A stretch of DNA of 64,000 nucleotides from a virus (lineage: Duplodnaviria; Caudoviricetes), in IMG/VR virus record IMGVR_UViG_3300043104_000334; one strand, given 5' to 3'. The position numbers and the translations under genes are program-made. Shown piece after piece: positions 1 to 9,951 of this stretch; within the stretch, counting starts at the first letter, position 1, and every line of letters starts with the position of its first letter. The notes beneath the pieces are model-generated. The model searched no databases. It saw only the letters and a list, made by a program, of their open reading frames with translations, and had not been told where the DNA came from.

Positions 1-526
1 CATTAAACTCCTGTACCGTAAGTTTACCTTTCTTATTCAAAATCTTAAAGTTAACTCTCATTTTACCAATATCATGTAATAAACTTCCGCAAGCTAAGGA
101 ATGTAATTCATTGATATCAAACCCAGCCTTAATCGCATATGTTAATGCAAGATTGGCAACGTTTATTGAATGAGTATAAGTCCCTTCGTCGTAGTCATAT
201 AACATGTTGAGGATAAGACTATTTTCATTCTCTCTAAGATTGTTTATCAAGATGTTTGCATAACGTGACACATCATTGATATTCAGTTTCTTTAAGCCAA
301 TATAAGTGATATTACTCATATCTCTAAAAGCATAGTGATTAGTATCAAACTCATCACTAACAATAGGTTGCACTTTGATTTGTTGTATTCCATGTCTTGG
401 TAACAACCTCTTCAAGGTAGCACTGACTGGGGTGCCCGGATTACATAATAGTGCCCCAGTCATGCCAAATATAGGTTCTGTTATAATCTGTCCAATGGCA
501 GCATCCTTAATATTAACAGTATACAC
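1..526 (-). CDS. HD-GYP family cyclic-dinucleotide phosphodiesterase (truncated by the window edge; not in the ORF track)
   Basis: Manual translation from GTG at 526: ...LYDYDEGTYTHSINVANLAL...GSLLHDIGKMRVNFKILNKKGKLTVQEF, matching the HD-GYP signatures YTxxHSxxV, LLHDIGK and ILNKxGKLTxEEF. The frame is open to position 1; the GYP motif would lie outside the window. Confidence 0.85.
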   Translation of the reverse strand, partial: MYTVNIKDAAIGQIITEPIFGMTGALLCNPGTPVSATLKRLLPRHGIQQIKVQPIVSDEFDTNHYAFRDMSNITYIGLKKLNINDVSRYANILINNLRENENSLILNMLYDYDEGTYTHSINVANLALTYAIKAGFDINELHSLACGSLLHDIGKMRVNFKILNKKGKLTVQEFN

Positions 527-530
527 CGAT

Positions 531-734
531 TCACGTCTGCTCCTTCTTGCCTACCGCATACTTGTCCATCAATTCCTGTATTCTGGCTCTCTTATCACCT
601 GTGCCATGAACTGTGCACCTAAGCGAACCATTTGCCGTTTCACCCTTAGGATTATTTATCATTCTGGCACTCTGCCGTTTCGATAATCTGTGTTTTCTAT
701 TCATCGTCAACCTCCACAAGTTCATCATTCTCAC
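531..734 (-). CDS. small basic hypothetical protein
   Basis: Minus-strand ORF packed between neighbours; the real start is probably an internal Met. Confidence 0.5.
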   Translation of the reverse strand: MRMMNLWRLTMNRKHRLSKRQSARMINNPKGETANGSLRCTVHGTGDKRARIQELMDKYAVGKKEQT

Positions 735-1056
735 CTACAGTAAAGCGCTGATAACAACCCTTACACTGATAGCCGTCACCACGTTTGTTACGGATACTAT
801 AGATGGTAGCACCACAACAAGAGCATTCCCCGATAGGCGTTCCCCATTCTTTTTCATGCTCCGGTAAAGGTATATTGAATACCTTTTCCTGACAATCGAA
901 ACAGATACCGGTCTTAAAGACTTCTCTGTGAAACGCATCCAAATTAGGAAATGCTGACTGGAGTGGCATCCCTGCATTAAAAGAGAACACTCCCTCTTCA
1001 TCCACATCAATAGTTGTGCTATTTGCACAGAACGGGCATTTCTTTGTAACTTTCAT
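697..1056 (-). CDS. Zn-ribbon protein (four CxxC pairs)
   Basis: CPFC, CFDC, CSCC and CKGC pairs; GAGGAGG RBS upstream. Confidence 0.65.
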   Translation of the reverse strand: MKVTKKCPFCANSTTIDVDEEGVFSFNAGMPLQSAFPNLDAFHREVFKTGICFDCQEKVFNIPLPEHEKEWGTPIGECSCCGATIYSIRNKRGDGYQCKGCYQRFTVGENDELVEVDDE

Positions 1057-1126
1057 AGTGAGTCCTCCTCATGACTTAATACATTCTATTTAGTATATTT
1101 ATACCAATAATTTTAACAGTTACACA

Positions 1127-2464
1127 TTAACCATGCCATTCATTATCACGCAAAACTGTATCATCACAAACGTCTACATCACCACAAACTGTAGTTTCCT
1201 TTTCTACTCTAGCGTCCTGATAAATTCTCGCATGACCATAAACCTCAACACTATCTTTAACTATAGCATTATCAAACACACTAGCCTCCTCAGAAACCTT
1301 AGCATTTCCAGAAACCTTGGCATTACCATACACTTGTGCACAAGCACCAATATAAGCACACTCATAAATTTCTGCATTCTCGAACACTCTTGCACCATCT
1401 ACCTTTGCATTGTCATATACACGTGCATTTCCATACACTTGTGCATTATCAATTATACATGCGTCGCCACTCACGTGAGCATTACCAAACACCAAAGCTT
1501 CGTCCGTTATCGTAACGTTACCATCAACGTAAGCTTCATCATAAATTTGAATCTCACCATTTATTGTAGCGTTACTACCAACCCTGGACTCTCCATAGAT
1601 ATAAGCCTCTTCAAACACTTTTGCATTACCGTACACGTAGGCATTACCTATTACTCTAGCGTCGCCATAAACTTTGGCATCATCAGCAACCCAGCAATTT
1701 CCTGTATGCGAGAGATTCTCTTCATACTGAATAAATCCACCTAAATCTCCAGCTTTGACTTTTCTACATTGACAATTAAAATCTTTTAAAGACACTATCC
1801 TGTGGAGTACATGACCATCCTCTTCAATTGTATCACCAGTGAATTCATATTTCTTTTCGTCAATCTGATTTGTATCATTACACACAAAGTGTATTGTATA
1901 ACATCCAGTATCAAGTATAGAATCACCACGAACCTTAGCAGAACCAGTTACAAAAGCATCCCTGCACACCTGTGCATAATCAGTAACCTTCCCACTCTCA
2001 TTCACTATAGCGTAACCATACACTCTAGCATTTCCACCAACAGTAGCATCATGATAAGCTTTAGTATCTCCATAAATCTTAGCATAGCCAGTTATATGTG
2101 CATGTCCAAATACTGCAGCTTCATCATAGACCATGGCATTCTCATCTACTAAAGCACTTCCATAAACCCTAGCATGGCCTTTTACACTAGCATGCCTTAA
2201 GACTTTAGCATCCTGATAAACCATAGCATCCTCGTACACCCAGCAATCACCATTATGCGATAAATTCTTTTCACTCTCAACATATCCACCCAATTCACCG
2301 GCTCTAACATAATTGCTTCCTGTGACATCTACTAATGCTCTTATCCTATGAAGTACGTGATTGTCTACCTCAATTGTTTCATCTGTGAGTTCATACTTCT
2401 TACCTGTTTTGTCCCCATCCGTATTAACCTTGCTAGCTGCACTTAATAGTTTATCTAATCCCAT
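1127..2464 (-). CDS. left-handed beta-helix (hexapeptide repeat) protein with two tandem modules
   Basis: Two copies of KYExTxxTI...LHRIxAL...GxLGGxxxxExNLSHxGxCWV, each followed by (V-Y-G-N-A-x)n hexapeptide repeats. Confidence 0.85.
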   Translation of the reverse strand: MGLDKLLSAASKVNTDGDKTGKKYELTDETIEVDNHVLHRIRALVDVTGSNYVRAGELGGYVESEKNLSHNGDCWVYEDAMVYQDAKVLRHASVKGHARVYGSALVDENAMVYDEAAVFGHAHITGYAKIYGDTKAYHDATVGGNARVYGYAIVNESGKVTDYAQVCRDAFVTGSAKVRGDSILDTGCYTIHFVCNDTNQIDEKKYEFTGDTIEEDGHVLHRIVSLKDFNCQCRKVKAGDLGGFIQYEENLSHTGNCWVADDAKVYGDARVIGNAYVYGNAKVFEEAYIYGESRVGSNATINGEIQIYDEAYVDGNVTITDEALVFGNAHVSGDACIIDNAQVYGNARVYDNAKVDGARVFENAEIYECAYIGACAQVYGNAKVSGNAKVSEEASVFDNAIVKDSVEVYGHARIYQDARVEKETTVCGDVDVCDDTVLRDNEWHG

Positions 2465-2492
2465 TTGACTTCACCTACTTTACTATGAAACT

Positions 2493-3254
2493 CTATACTT
2501 CTACTTTACCATAAGTGATTATGACGTTGTCACATACTTTAGCATTTCCTTTAATCAAAGCATTACCAAGGACCTGTGCATTACCACATACTCTTGCATT
2601 ACCACAAACTTCAGCTTCTTCCCAAACTTGAGCGTTTTCATAAACTTCAGCTTTTCCACAGATATTAGCATTTCCATAAATGCTAGCATGACCATAAATC
2701 TTAGAGTGACCTGCTATCACAGCGTAATCATGAGCCTCAGCAAAAGCATGTATTTCTGCGAGTCCCTCCACATTAGCATGGCCATAGATCCGTGCATTGT
2801 CATAAACCTTAGCACACTGATAGATAGCACTGTTATCATAGACACGAGCGCAACCATATACATTAGCATCTCCATGAACCCATGCATGACCATATATACT
2901 AGCGCCATGGTTTACGTGCGCGTGTTCACAAACTCTTGCGGTATCATACACTTCAGCATTACCCATAATTTTAGCATTTTCTGAGACGCTTACATCTCCA
3001 TAAACCATAGCATTATCATACACCCAACAGCAGCCACCATGTGACAAATTCTCTTCCTTCTCAATAAAGCCGCCCAGACTACCATCCGTGACCCTTGATT
3101 CACTCCAACTCGGCCCAAAACTTTTTAATGCTTTTATTCTGTGAAGTATGTGACTATCGACAGTAATTATCTCATCAGTGAGAACATACTTCTTATCCTG
3201 CTCTCCATTGACATTAACTTTACCAGCTGCTTCCATTAAACTATCTAGACCCAT
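2493..3254 (-). CDS. left-handed beta-helix hexapeptide repeat protein, single module (paralog of 1127-2464)
   Basis: Same module. Start moved to the ATG at 3254 (GAGGTG RBS), giving MGLDSLMEAA, which parallels MGLDKLLSAA of the paralog. Confidence 0.85.
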   Translation of the reverse strand: MGLDSLMEAAGKVNVNGEQDKKYVLTDEIITVDSHILHRIKALKSFGPSWSESRVTDGSLGGFIEKEENLSHGGCCWVYDNAMVYGDVSVSENAKIMGNAEVYDTARVCEHAHVNHGASIYGHAWVHGDANVYGCARVYDNSAIYQCAKVYDNARIYGHANVEGLAEIHAFAEAHDYAVIAGHSKIYGHASIYGNANICGKAEVYENAQVWEEAEVCGNARVCGNAQVLGNALIKGNAKVCDNVIITYGKVEV

Positions 3255-3267
3255 AACCAACACCTCA

Positions 3268-3777
3268 TCACAATAGTACTTCGTAGCTGTCTTCTGAACG
3301 CTTGATAATCTCAATAGGATAACCAAGTACAGGCTCACAGTCCGTGTACTTATTATCCGTGCAGTCATCAAGTAAGAAGCAGTTCCATACTTTTACAATG
3401 GCTGAGTATATACCGACTCCCTCCGGAGCTGCATCGTGCTGATGAATAAGTGCAAGGTTGAACTTCGCTTTTCTCCCGGTCGTAACATAATAACCCGTCC
3501 ATCTCAAGGCTTCCATAACCGTAATGAATTCATCATCACACACAACACCGTTCTTTACATACAGTGCAATCATATCAGCCTGCCGGATAAGCTCCGTTGC
3601 CTTTGTTCTCACATCAACCGGATCAACTCCGACAAACTTCTGGCACGTAAGCGCATATACCCTAGCAATCTTCGTGCAGAAGTGCGAAAGGTTAACTGAG
3701 CAATCTTTTTCTGTGTCTGTCTTAGCACCTCTTGGCCCACCCATAAGTGCCGCCTTTAATAATAACTCTTTTCCCAT
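3268..3777 (-). CDS. hypothetical protein with ELLxAA-type N-terminus
   Basis: ORF with GGAGG RBS; begins MGKELLLKAAL. Confidence 0.6.
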   Translation of the reverse strand: MGKELLLKAALMGGPRGAKTDTEKDCSVNLSHFCTKIARVYALTCQKFVGVDPVDVRTKATELIRQADMIALYVKNGVVCDDEFITVMEALRWTGYYVTTGRKAKFNLALIHQHDAAPEGVGIYSAIVKVWNCFLLDDCTDNKYTDCEPVLGYPIEIIKRSEDSYEVLL

Positions 3778-3792
3778 GATATTTATGTCCTC

Positions 3793-4353
3793 CTATACTT
3801 TCATATATTTTGCCTGTCGTTGGCGTTCTTCATATTGAATCTCTTTTATTTCATCCTGTGTAAGGAATCTCTTTTCACTATAGTTCCATACACGTAAGGG
3901 TGTGCAGTAGTTGTATGCCTGATAAATAAGATTACGCGTCATGTAATCTTGACCATCCCAGAATAATACGGCCGCTTTATGACTTCTTCGACCTACATGT
4001 AGGAACATCTTTTCATTTCGTTCAAACCCAGCCTTGTTACCGCTAGACTCCCAATCAGCCTCGTACTTAAATACATTGTAATTATGACTGATTGCATAAT
4101 CCTCGGCAAGACTATCAGCTCCATTGTTATCACCGACTATAACAATAATCTCGTCATAGTTCTCTTTGGCATTAGTAAGGAGCTTATCCATAGATATAGT
4201 TAATAACTCCTGTGTAGGTATTGTCTTAACCATATCATCTATAACAGCTATGATATAATCATCACGCCGGAATCCTTTGTCACCAGATATCACGACATAG
4301 AACCGTCTTTTGTCAAGCTGCATTTCTTCATTAAGATTTTTCCAGTCAACCAT
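3793..4353 (-). CDS. SLOG family (YspA/DUF2493-like) nucleotide-binding protein
   Basis: VVISGDKGF...IVGDNNGADSLAEDYA...YEADWE..GNKAGFERNEKM...VLFWDG resembles the SLOG pattern GAD-xx-A..W...AGxxRN..M...FWDG. Confidence 0.75.
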   Translation of the reverse strand: MVDWKNLNEEMQLDKRRFYVVISGDKGFRRDDYIIAVIDDMVKTIPTQELLTISMDKLLTNAKENYDEIIVIVGDNNGADSLAEDYAISHNYNVFKYEADWESSGNKAGFERNEKMFLHVGRRSHKAAVLFWDGQDYMTRNLIYQAYNYCTPLRVWNYSEKRFLTQDEIKEIQYEERQRQAKYMKV

Positions 4354-4364
4354 CTCAGCGCCTC

Positions 4365-5183
4365 CTAATCAGATATGTCATCATAGACATATTGTGGTAT
4401 GGAAACAGTGTCTGTGTCATTATAAGATACATTTGTCACAGCTATCATCATGTTATCAATAGTACACTGATAGTCCCCATACACAGCACTACCAATAGGA
4501 GTCACAGTTGCGGATAGTGTTAATATATCCAAAGAGCCGCTATCATACACAGCACGGAATGTGTAAGACGCATCTGATAATCCATACTGATTAAGTACAT
4601 ACTTCATATATGTATCAAAGTCAGAATCAGACAGAGAACTTACTTCTCCCTCAACGTAGAGTCTATCTCCATTCTGCTCAAACAGTGTAACCAACATATT
4701 ACTCGTTGACATACTATAAGAGTAATACTGCTCCTGAACATTATATTCCTTATGCTTCCATCCAAGATAATTACTGTTATAATACTCGAGATTATCATTG
4801 ATAGACACATAGGAGAATAACACGTCATTTGTAGTATTATCTCCAATTGAATCAGTACTCGTTATCGCCGAATAGGAATAGTTCTCATCAGTCTTGTGAA
4901 CAATAGTACTCTGTATATTGTGCTGAATGTTTCTATCATTCACAATAGCCGTTAAATCAATTACAGCCTGCAAATTAAGCTCTTGATACTTTGAAGCGAT
5001 ATCACCCTGTACCAACTGATAGCCATCAAACCCGAGAAGTTCTTCGAGCGTAGGTTCATAGACCTCAGTTGGTTCGGTTTCAGTCTCAGTCTCTTCAGCT
5101 AAGTTCCAAGGTAATTTAACAGAACATGCAGTTACTGATAATGAACTCATCAAACACAGTAAGCATGCCAATAACCTTTTCAT
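4365..5183 (-). CDS. lipoprotein
   Basis: Signal peptide MKRLLACLLCLMSSLSVTAC with a lipobox-like VTAC, followed by an acidic ET-rich linker. Confidence 0.7.
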   Translation of the reverse strand: MKRLLACLLCLMSSLSVTACSVKLPWNLAEETETETEPTEVYEPTLEELLGFDGYQLVQGDIASKYQELNLQAVIDLTAIVNDRNIQHNIQSTIVHKTDENYSYSAITSTDSIGDNTTNDVLFSYVSINDNLEYYNSNYLGWKHKEYNVQEQYYSYSMSTSNMLVTLFEQNGDRLYVEGEVSSLSDSDFDTYMKYVLNQYGLSDASYTFRAVYDSGSLDILTLSATVTPIGSAVYGDYQCTIDNMMIAVTNVSYNDTDTVSIPQYVYDDISD

Positions 5184-5439
5184 TATCTTTAATCCTCCTA
5201 TACTTAATTAGGTTCTTATATCTATCTTTGTTTGTCTTGTATTGTGAGTCTTTTTAAACATTCCATAAGAATTATCTATAAGCTTCTTTATTACATTTTT
5301 GTTGACGCAGGAATCTTCATTGATGTTAGACTTATTACTTATATAATGCCTATAAGAACTTTCTACTTTCAACAAGAATCGATATAAGACCTTTTGTAAT
5401 TATCCTGCTTGGTCACAAACATCTTATGCTAAGCCTTTC

Positions 5440-6405
5440 TCAAAATGTTTTTGTTATAACCTCATATGCTTTAGCCGGTGGATAGTTAATGAAATGGGAA
5501 TCAAGTATTCCTTCGATCTCATCTTCCGATATGTATTCAATTCCGCGTAGATACTCAGCAGCCTTATCCCTGTATTCGTCTTCATCTGATTTCTCAGTTT
5601 TAACTTCGAAAGGAGTGCCGGCTGCAATTGCAGCCATTAGCAGTGTGCTCGCACGACAAGGATTACCACAGACAACAAACTTAGTTGGTACTTCAAAGGA
5701 TGCATCTAATCCATACTGCTTGTAAGAATCACGCCCAATTATGAGCGAATCTGCAACGCCGTTCAAGTCAAGCGTAAGGTCCCTGAAACATTTTTCAATG
5801 ATATCGATATTAGATACACTAACCGGTATGCTATGTCCCACTAAAGCTAATGATAAATCCTTTGCCGTTGTTTTAGGGAAACATTTTCCGCTGTCAAAGA
5901 ACTTTGATCCGCATCCATGCATTCTATCAATATAGAAAAACACAACAGACACAAACTCAATGATTGTTGTATTCATCTCGAATTCAGCAATAACATTTTC
6001 ACACAGATTCTTTAGGTAAGCCTTATCCCAGTCTATCTGTACTTCCGGGTCGTCAATGAAAGTATAGATATTGAATTTCGGAGTCTGTACCTTATAGTCG
6101 AAGAATTCTCTCCAGAACTCTTCAACAAACTTCTCTTTCCAAAACTTATCAACACCATCATCTGTGAATCCCGGCTTAGGATCGAACATCCCATTAAGAA
6201 TGTAATCACAATCCCGGTTCACTTCATAGACCGTATCTTCATCGTTCATGACTGCAAAACAAAATGCAGTTAACGTGGTAAGAAGTTCCCACGCACCGAA
6301 ACTGCCCTCCGGCTTCATTGTATCAATGAATTGAATAAGGTCCATAAGAATGAACCGCATATCATCTCTGAACTTTTTATAAAACTCACACTCTTCCCGT
6401 GTCAT
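5440..6405 (-). CDS. hypothetical protein
   Basis: 321-aa ORF with AGGAG RBS; no motif recognised. Confidence 0.6.
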   Translation of the reverse strand: MTREECEFYKKFRDDMRFILMDLIQFIDTMKPEGSFGAWELLTTLTAFCFAVMNDEDTVYEVNRDCDYILNGMFDPKPGFTDDGVDKFWKEKFVEEFWREFFDYKVQTPKFNIYTFIDDPEVQIDWDKAYLKNLCENVIAEFEMNTTIIEFVSVVFFYIDRMHGCGSKFFDSGKCFPKTTAKDLSLALVGHSIPVSVSNIDIIEKCFRDLTLDLNGVADSLIIGRDSYKQYGLDASFEVPTKFVVCGNPCRASTLLMAAIAAGTPFEVKTEKSDEDEYRDKAAEYLRGIEYISEDEIEGILDSHFINYPPAKAYEVITKTF

Positions 6406-6424
6406 TTACTTTTCTCCTTATACT

Positions 6425-6739
6425 TTAATCGTTTCCGAATCTTGATTCATCAAATGGAATACCCGCTCTTTTCAACAGTGACTTAAGATACTCATTGTCA
6501 ACTTTTAATCTAGAGTTGTCATCTTTCTCACTTGATAAGGCACTGTTGAGGCACTGCACATCATCTTTCATAAGCTGGATATCATTATTCATCCGACGTA
6601 ATGAACCCTTAAGTGCATCGGCAATAGTATCACATTGATCGTCCATACTCCTAAGAATAGGTATAATATCATTGGCGTCTTCAACAGTCCACCAATTACC
6701 GTTCACGAGTACCATGACTTTTCCCTCCTTATAAATCAC
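6425..6739 (-). CDS. small coiled-coil protein
   Basis: Heptad-like C-terminal half; overlaps the stop of the upstream gene. Confidence 0.55.
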   Translation of the reverse strand: MIYKEGKVMVLVNGNWWTVEDANDIIPILRSMDDQCDTIADALKGSLRRMNNDIQLMKDDVQCLNSALSSEKDDNSRLKVDNEYLKSLLKRAGIPFDESRFGND

Positions 6740-7044
6740 TCATGAAAAATTTCAACACTGTGCACCTTTAATATATAACATTCTTTATTAGGTGCGCCAA
6801 GCTCCGGTTTACCCATACCAATACGAAGACTTGCTTCAACAATTATGCTACGGCATGACTCACTGTAGCCAGCCCGCAACATAACCTTTTTGATGTCCTT
6901 TCCAGTAGGCATACCGTTTTCATAGAAGTCAAATACTTTCTTGAATCGAATTGTCCAGTAAGGCTTAAACTCTCTATATTCCTCATCCTTTTCATGAGAA
7001 ACAATCTTGTTAAGCCAGTAAGTTTTGATAGGCAGTATTAACAT
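6736..7044 (-). CDS. ASCH/PUA-like domain protein
   Basis: LPIKTYWLNKIVSHEKDEEYREFKPYW...LRAGY matches the ASCH (G)xKxxExR motif family. Confidence 0.75.
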   Translation of the reverse strand: MLILPIKTYWLNKIVSHEKDEEYREFKPYWTIRFKKVFDFYENGMPTGKDIKKVMLRAGYSESCRSIIVEASLRIGMGKPELGAPNKECYILKVHSVEIFHE

Positions 7045-7063
7045 ACGTAACCCTCCTGTTATA

Positions 7064-7855
7064 TTATCTCCTAATGAGTAAATCCGTTCTCACGAACGGA
7101 TTAGACAGCGACTTAAGTTCTTTAAGCAGTTTCTCCTCATAAACATGTTCATCCAGTTTCCTGAGACCCTCGATGTCTTTACCTTTAGCACACTGAATAA
7201 TGAGTGCTTTTGGCAAACATCGTTTTATCTGTTTGATGTATGTGTCTCCAGTATCATCGTTATCTGGGACCATAATAAGCCTTGAACCAAACCTCTGCAG
7301 GATTGTTATCACGTAAGGTGTAAGGTGTGAACCTAACGACGCTAAAGCTTGGAACCCCTGTGACCTAAGGTATGCAGTACACATAAGACCCTCAGTCACA
7401 AATATAGGCTCCTTTGAAACATAATACTCAGGAAGTTTTTCCATCCCAAATAGCGTTGTTGCTTTAGCTTTATAACCATAGTTCTTCGAGTCAAGATACT
7501 TCGGTTCAGCAAATGGGTCCCATCCACAGAAACCCATTACTGAACCATGAACATCCTTTACAGGGAAAACACATCTACCCCACATAGGTACCCACTTGTT
7601 CTTGATAAACCCAAGTGATTCCTGTTGCATCCATTCTGGCATAGAGCCTATAGGCATATTTTCATCAACGCAGAATGCATCTAAATCTTTTGCAACCTGC
7701 AAGGGTAGTTCACGGGAGTCCTCAATAAACAGCTTCATTGCATGCTCGTGATAATCCTGCTGTTGGAAGAACTTTACAATATTGCCCAAGTCTTCACGGA
7801 CTTCCTCAATTGAGTATTCGTCAATATAAAGTTCATATTCATCAAACCCGTACAT
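7064..7855 (-). CDS. dnaG: DnaG-type primase catalytic core (TOPRIM) without Zn-binding domain
   Basis: GRCVFPVKD..GSVMGFCG, PKYLDS, IFVTEGLM, ALASLGSHLT and PDND (DxD). Confidence 0.8.
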   Translation of the reverse strand: MYGFDEYELYIDEYSIEEVREDLGNIVKFFQQQDYHEHAMKLFIEDSRELPLQVAKDLDAFCVDENMPIGSMPEWMQQESLGFIKNKWVPMWGRCVFPVKDVHGSVMGFCGWDPFAEPKYLDSKNYGYKAKATTLFGMEKLPEYYVSKEPIFVTEGLMCTAYLRSQGFQALASLGSHLTPYVITILQRFGSRLIMVPDNDDTGDTYIKQIKRCLPKALIIQCAKGKDIEGLRKLDEHVYEEKLLKELKSLSNPFVRTDLLIRR

Positions 7856-7894
7856 AGTGTTTTCTCCTATGGTGGTTAATGCTTAACTAACCAC

Positions 7895-8464
7895 CTACTC
7901 TGCATACCTGCTAATTTTGTCTACAATAAAGTCATACCGTGACATTGTCTCCGGACTAAATGTAGATATCGGAATGTTGAAATCGTTTCTACTAAGCGTG
8001 AACGAAACTTCATCGGTAGACTCGGCATCTCTTAGCTTGGCTCTTGCCTTCATAAGAGCAATACCAAGCCAATCCTTAGCTTCCGATTTCATACATCTAG
8101 AACAAGAGCATGCACCCCATATATTGTCATGCCATCCTGTCGTGTTCTCGACCAACCAAGCATTGCCGGTGCTGAGCAGCTTCCTTTTTAGCCTTTCATT
8201 CTGACTAAACTTAGCTAACACGATTTCACACATGATGTTAAATTTAACATCATCCCAGTCTGGTCTCATTGGGACTGCTCTCCCACGCTTCTTTGCCTGA
8301 CTACCCGTCATATCTACAAACTCACTCGCACGCTCAGGACATTTCTGTGCCTGAAAAGCGCCTTCACTGGTTTTGTATGTTAGCCCATTGTAAGTTACTG
8401 GACTGGCATAGAAATTGCTGAACTCATAATAAACACCACTTCTTCTTCCAAATTTGATTACCAT
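7895..8464 (-). CDS. NADAR (YbiA/RibX-like) family protein
   Basis: FSNFYASPV...YKTSEGAFQAQK...AKKRGR..MRPDWDDVK...AKFSQN..LKRKLLSTG...LVE...DNIWG...LGIALM. Confidence 0.9.
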   Translation of the reverse strand: MVIKFGRRSGVYYEFSNFYASPVTYNGLTYKTSEGAFQAQKCPERASEFVDMTGSQAKKRGRAVPMRPDWDDVKFNIMCEIVLAKFSQNERLKRKLLSTGNAWLVENTTGWHDNIWGACSCSRCMKSEAKDWLGIALMKARAKLRDAESTDEVSFTLSRNDFNIPISTFSPETMSRYDFIVDKISRYAE

Positions 8465-8503
8465 TTTTAATCATCCTTTCTGACAGGGTATTATTTATAT
8501 TCC

Positions 8504-8545
8504 TTATCATTAGTATATGACATTGATGGTCAAACCTTTTCAGAA
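8504..8545 (-). promoter_or_regulatory. bipartite putative promoter TTCTGAAAA-N16-TCATATACTAATGATAA (copy 1)
   Basis: Both boxes and the 16-nt spacing are identical to the copy at 15340-15381; contains a TATACT -10-like box; lies upstream of NADAR. Confidence 0.6.
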
Positions 8546-8578
8546 AATAGTAGTTACATGAGTATACCTCATATTCAG

Positions 8579-9325
8579 TCAGATATACCTATATTTACAA
8601 TGCTCCGTTTTGCAGATTTCACACTTAGGAATCTTGGAACAGATTTCACCATATCCGGTTGCTCCATAATGCCAGATAATCTCATTAATAAGAGTAATAG
8701 GCATTTCTAAATCGGTGCTAAGCTTTTCCATTACACTCATAATTTCCCATATAGACACATCTTCGTATCCTGTATAACCAAGCCTGTAAAGAATACGCCT
8801 GATATGCACATCAGGTTTACAAGTGTCTACACCAACATTCCTAAGGTACTGCAATGCAAGCGTCTGTGCAAATCCGTGAATCTTGTAATAACCATCAGAA
8901 AGTAGCTCAGACATTTTGTACGGTTTGACATTTGTAAGCTTATCGACATCTCCAAGTACTTCATCGATTCGCTGCAAAGTTTTTATATTGTCTGCTAACC
9001 CAGACATCTGCCTAACGATGGCTCTGTTGCCGCAGCCAATGCTCCGTATCTCATTTGCAAATTCAACAGGATTTTTACTCATTATATAATCAACATCATA
9101 CTGCTTGAAGATACGACTGATATTTGAGATATTATCCTCTATCTGTTTCCACGGTCTGTTTGCCGATAACAAAGAAAGCACCATAGCCTCAACATGGTCT
9201 TCAAACGTAAATTTGTATCCACCCTTTCTGAGGCTGTACATTTTATAAGAGTAACCCTCTTCCACATTAATACCTATGCTTCTGAGAGTATCCTCCATCA
9301 CTAGGATATCATTATTTTTTGTCAT
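8579..9325 (-). CDS. HhH-GPD superfamily DNA glycosylase-like protein with C-terminal Cys cluster
   Basis: KIHGFAQTLALQYLRNVG.DTCKPDVHIRRI (HhH plus catalytic Asp); C-terminal CSKIPKCEICKTEHC resembles the EndoIII FeS loop. Confidence 0.75.
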   Translation of the reverse strand: MTKNNDILVMEDTLRSIGINVEEGYSYKMYSLRKGGYKFTFEDHVEAMVLSLLSANRPWKQIEDNISNISRIFKQYDVDYIMSKNPVEFANEIRSIGCGNRAIVRQMSGLADNIKTLQRIDEVLGDVDKLTNVKPYKMSELLSDGYYKIHGFAQTLALQYLRNVGVDTCKPDVHIRRILYRLGYTGYEDVSIWEIMSVMEKLSTDLEMPITLINEIIWHYGATGYGEICSKIPKCEICKTEHCKYRYI

Positions 9326-9336
9326 ACAAATTTTCT

Positions 9337-9563
9337 TTACCGATGCGTATTAAGTTTATCCATATTTTCAAGGACAAAGTACCCAAATCGTTTTACAAGT
9401 GCATCGTAACCATTTAAGCACCAGCTTTTAAAATGTGGCGATAACATGATCTGTTGCATGAATTCATCATAGACCCATGCTCCTCAGCAAAAGCTTTCAT
9501 CTTAAATAAAAGCTCCTCTGTCATCTTATCATCAACTTCTTTAAAAGTCTCATAAGCACCCAT
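9337..9563 (-). pseudogene. small gene interrupted by an apparent 1-nt frameshift (or sequencing error)
   Basis: GAAAGGAG RBS plus ATG 9563 gives MGAYETFKEV...FAEEHG. Adding one G in CATGGGTC continues as VYDEFMQQIML...NTHR to a stop at 9337, filling the gap to the next gene. Confidence 0.45.
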
Positions 9564-9623
9564 AATGTACTCCTTTCGATTATTTGTACATTAACAGTAC
9601 TCCTCAAATAGGAATACTATTAT

Positions 9624-9649
9624 AGCGGGTTACGAAATAGTAACCCGCT
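9624..9649 (-). terminator. hairpin, probable terminator
   Basis: AGCGGGTTAC-gaaata-GTAACCCGCT perfect 10-bp stem immediately after the stop of 9655-9939. Confidence 0.6.
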
Positions 9650-9654
9650 TTGAA

Positions 9655-9939
9655 TCACATTAAAACATTTGTTCCGTCATAGAATATTGTTGGAAGCCCA
9701 AGGTTCTGAATACTCACCGGAATTCTTCCCATAGGTGTATCATCAACATCAGGTATAACCTCGCGTTTGATACGCTTAATAGAATTACCAATAGTGAGCA
9801 ATTCTTTACGCCGCTTTGTCACAATCCGATTTACTATTGTTTCAGCCGCACCGGACGCTTTAAGCTCATTTGCCTTTCCAACAAGTTCAATAAGGTTTGT
9901 GCAGGAATTGAGCACACTTTCGATTTCTTCTCTCTTCAT
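9655..9939 (-). CDS. hypothetical protein
   Basis: ORF with GGAGG RBS. Confidence 0.6.
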   Translation of the reverse strand: MKREEIESVLNSCTNLIELVGKANELKASGAAETIVNRIVTKRRKELLTIGNSIKRIKREVIPDVDDTPMGRIPVSIQNLGLPTIFYDGTNVLM

Positions 9940-9951
9940 AAAGCAGCCCTC

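Noticed and set aside
1127-3254. CRISPR array or DGR template/variable repeat in the repetitive region
   Set aside because: The periodicity is 18-nt coding hexapeptide repeats. No identical repeats with spacers, no adenine-specific variant pair and no reverse transcriptase were seen.
5190-5435. Small gene in the intergenic gap
   Set aside because: Only short frames were found, without a convincing RBS and start combination.
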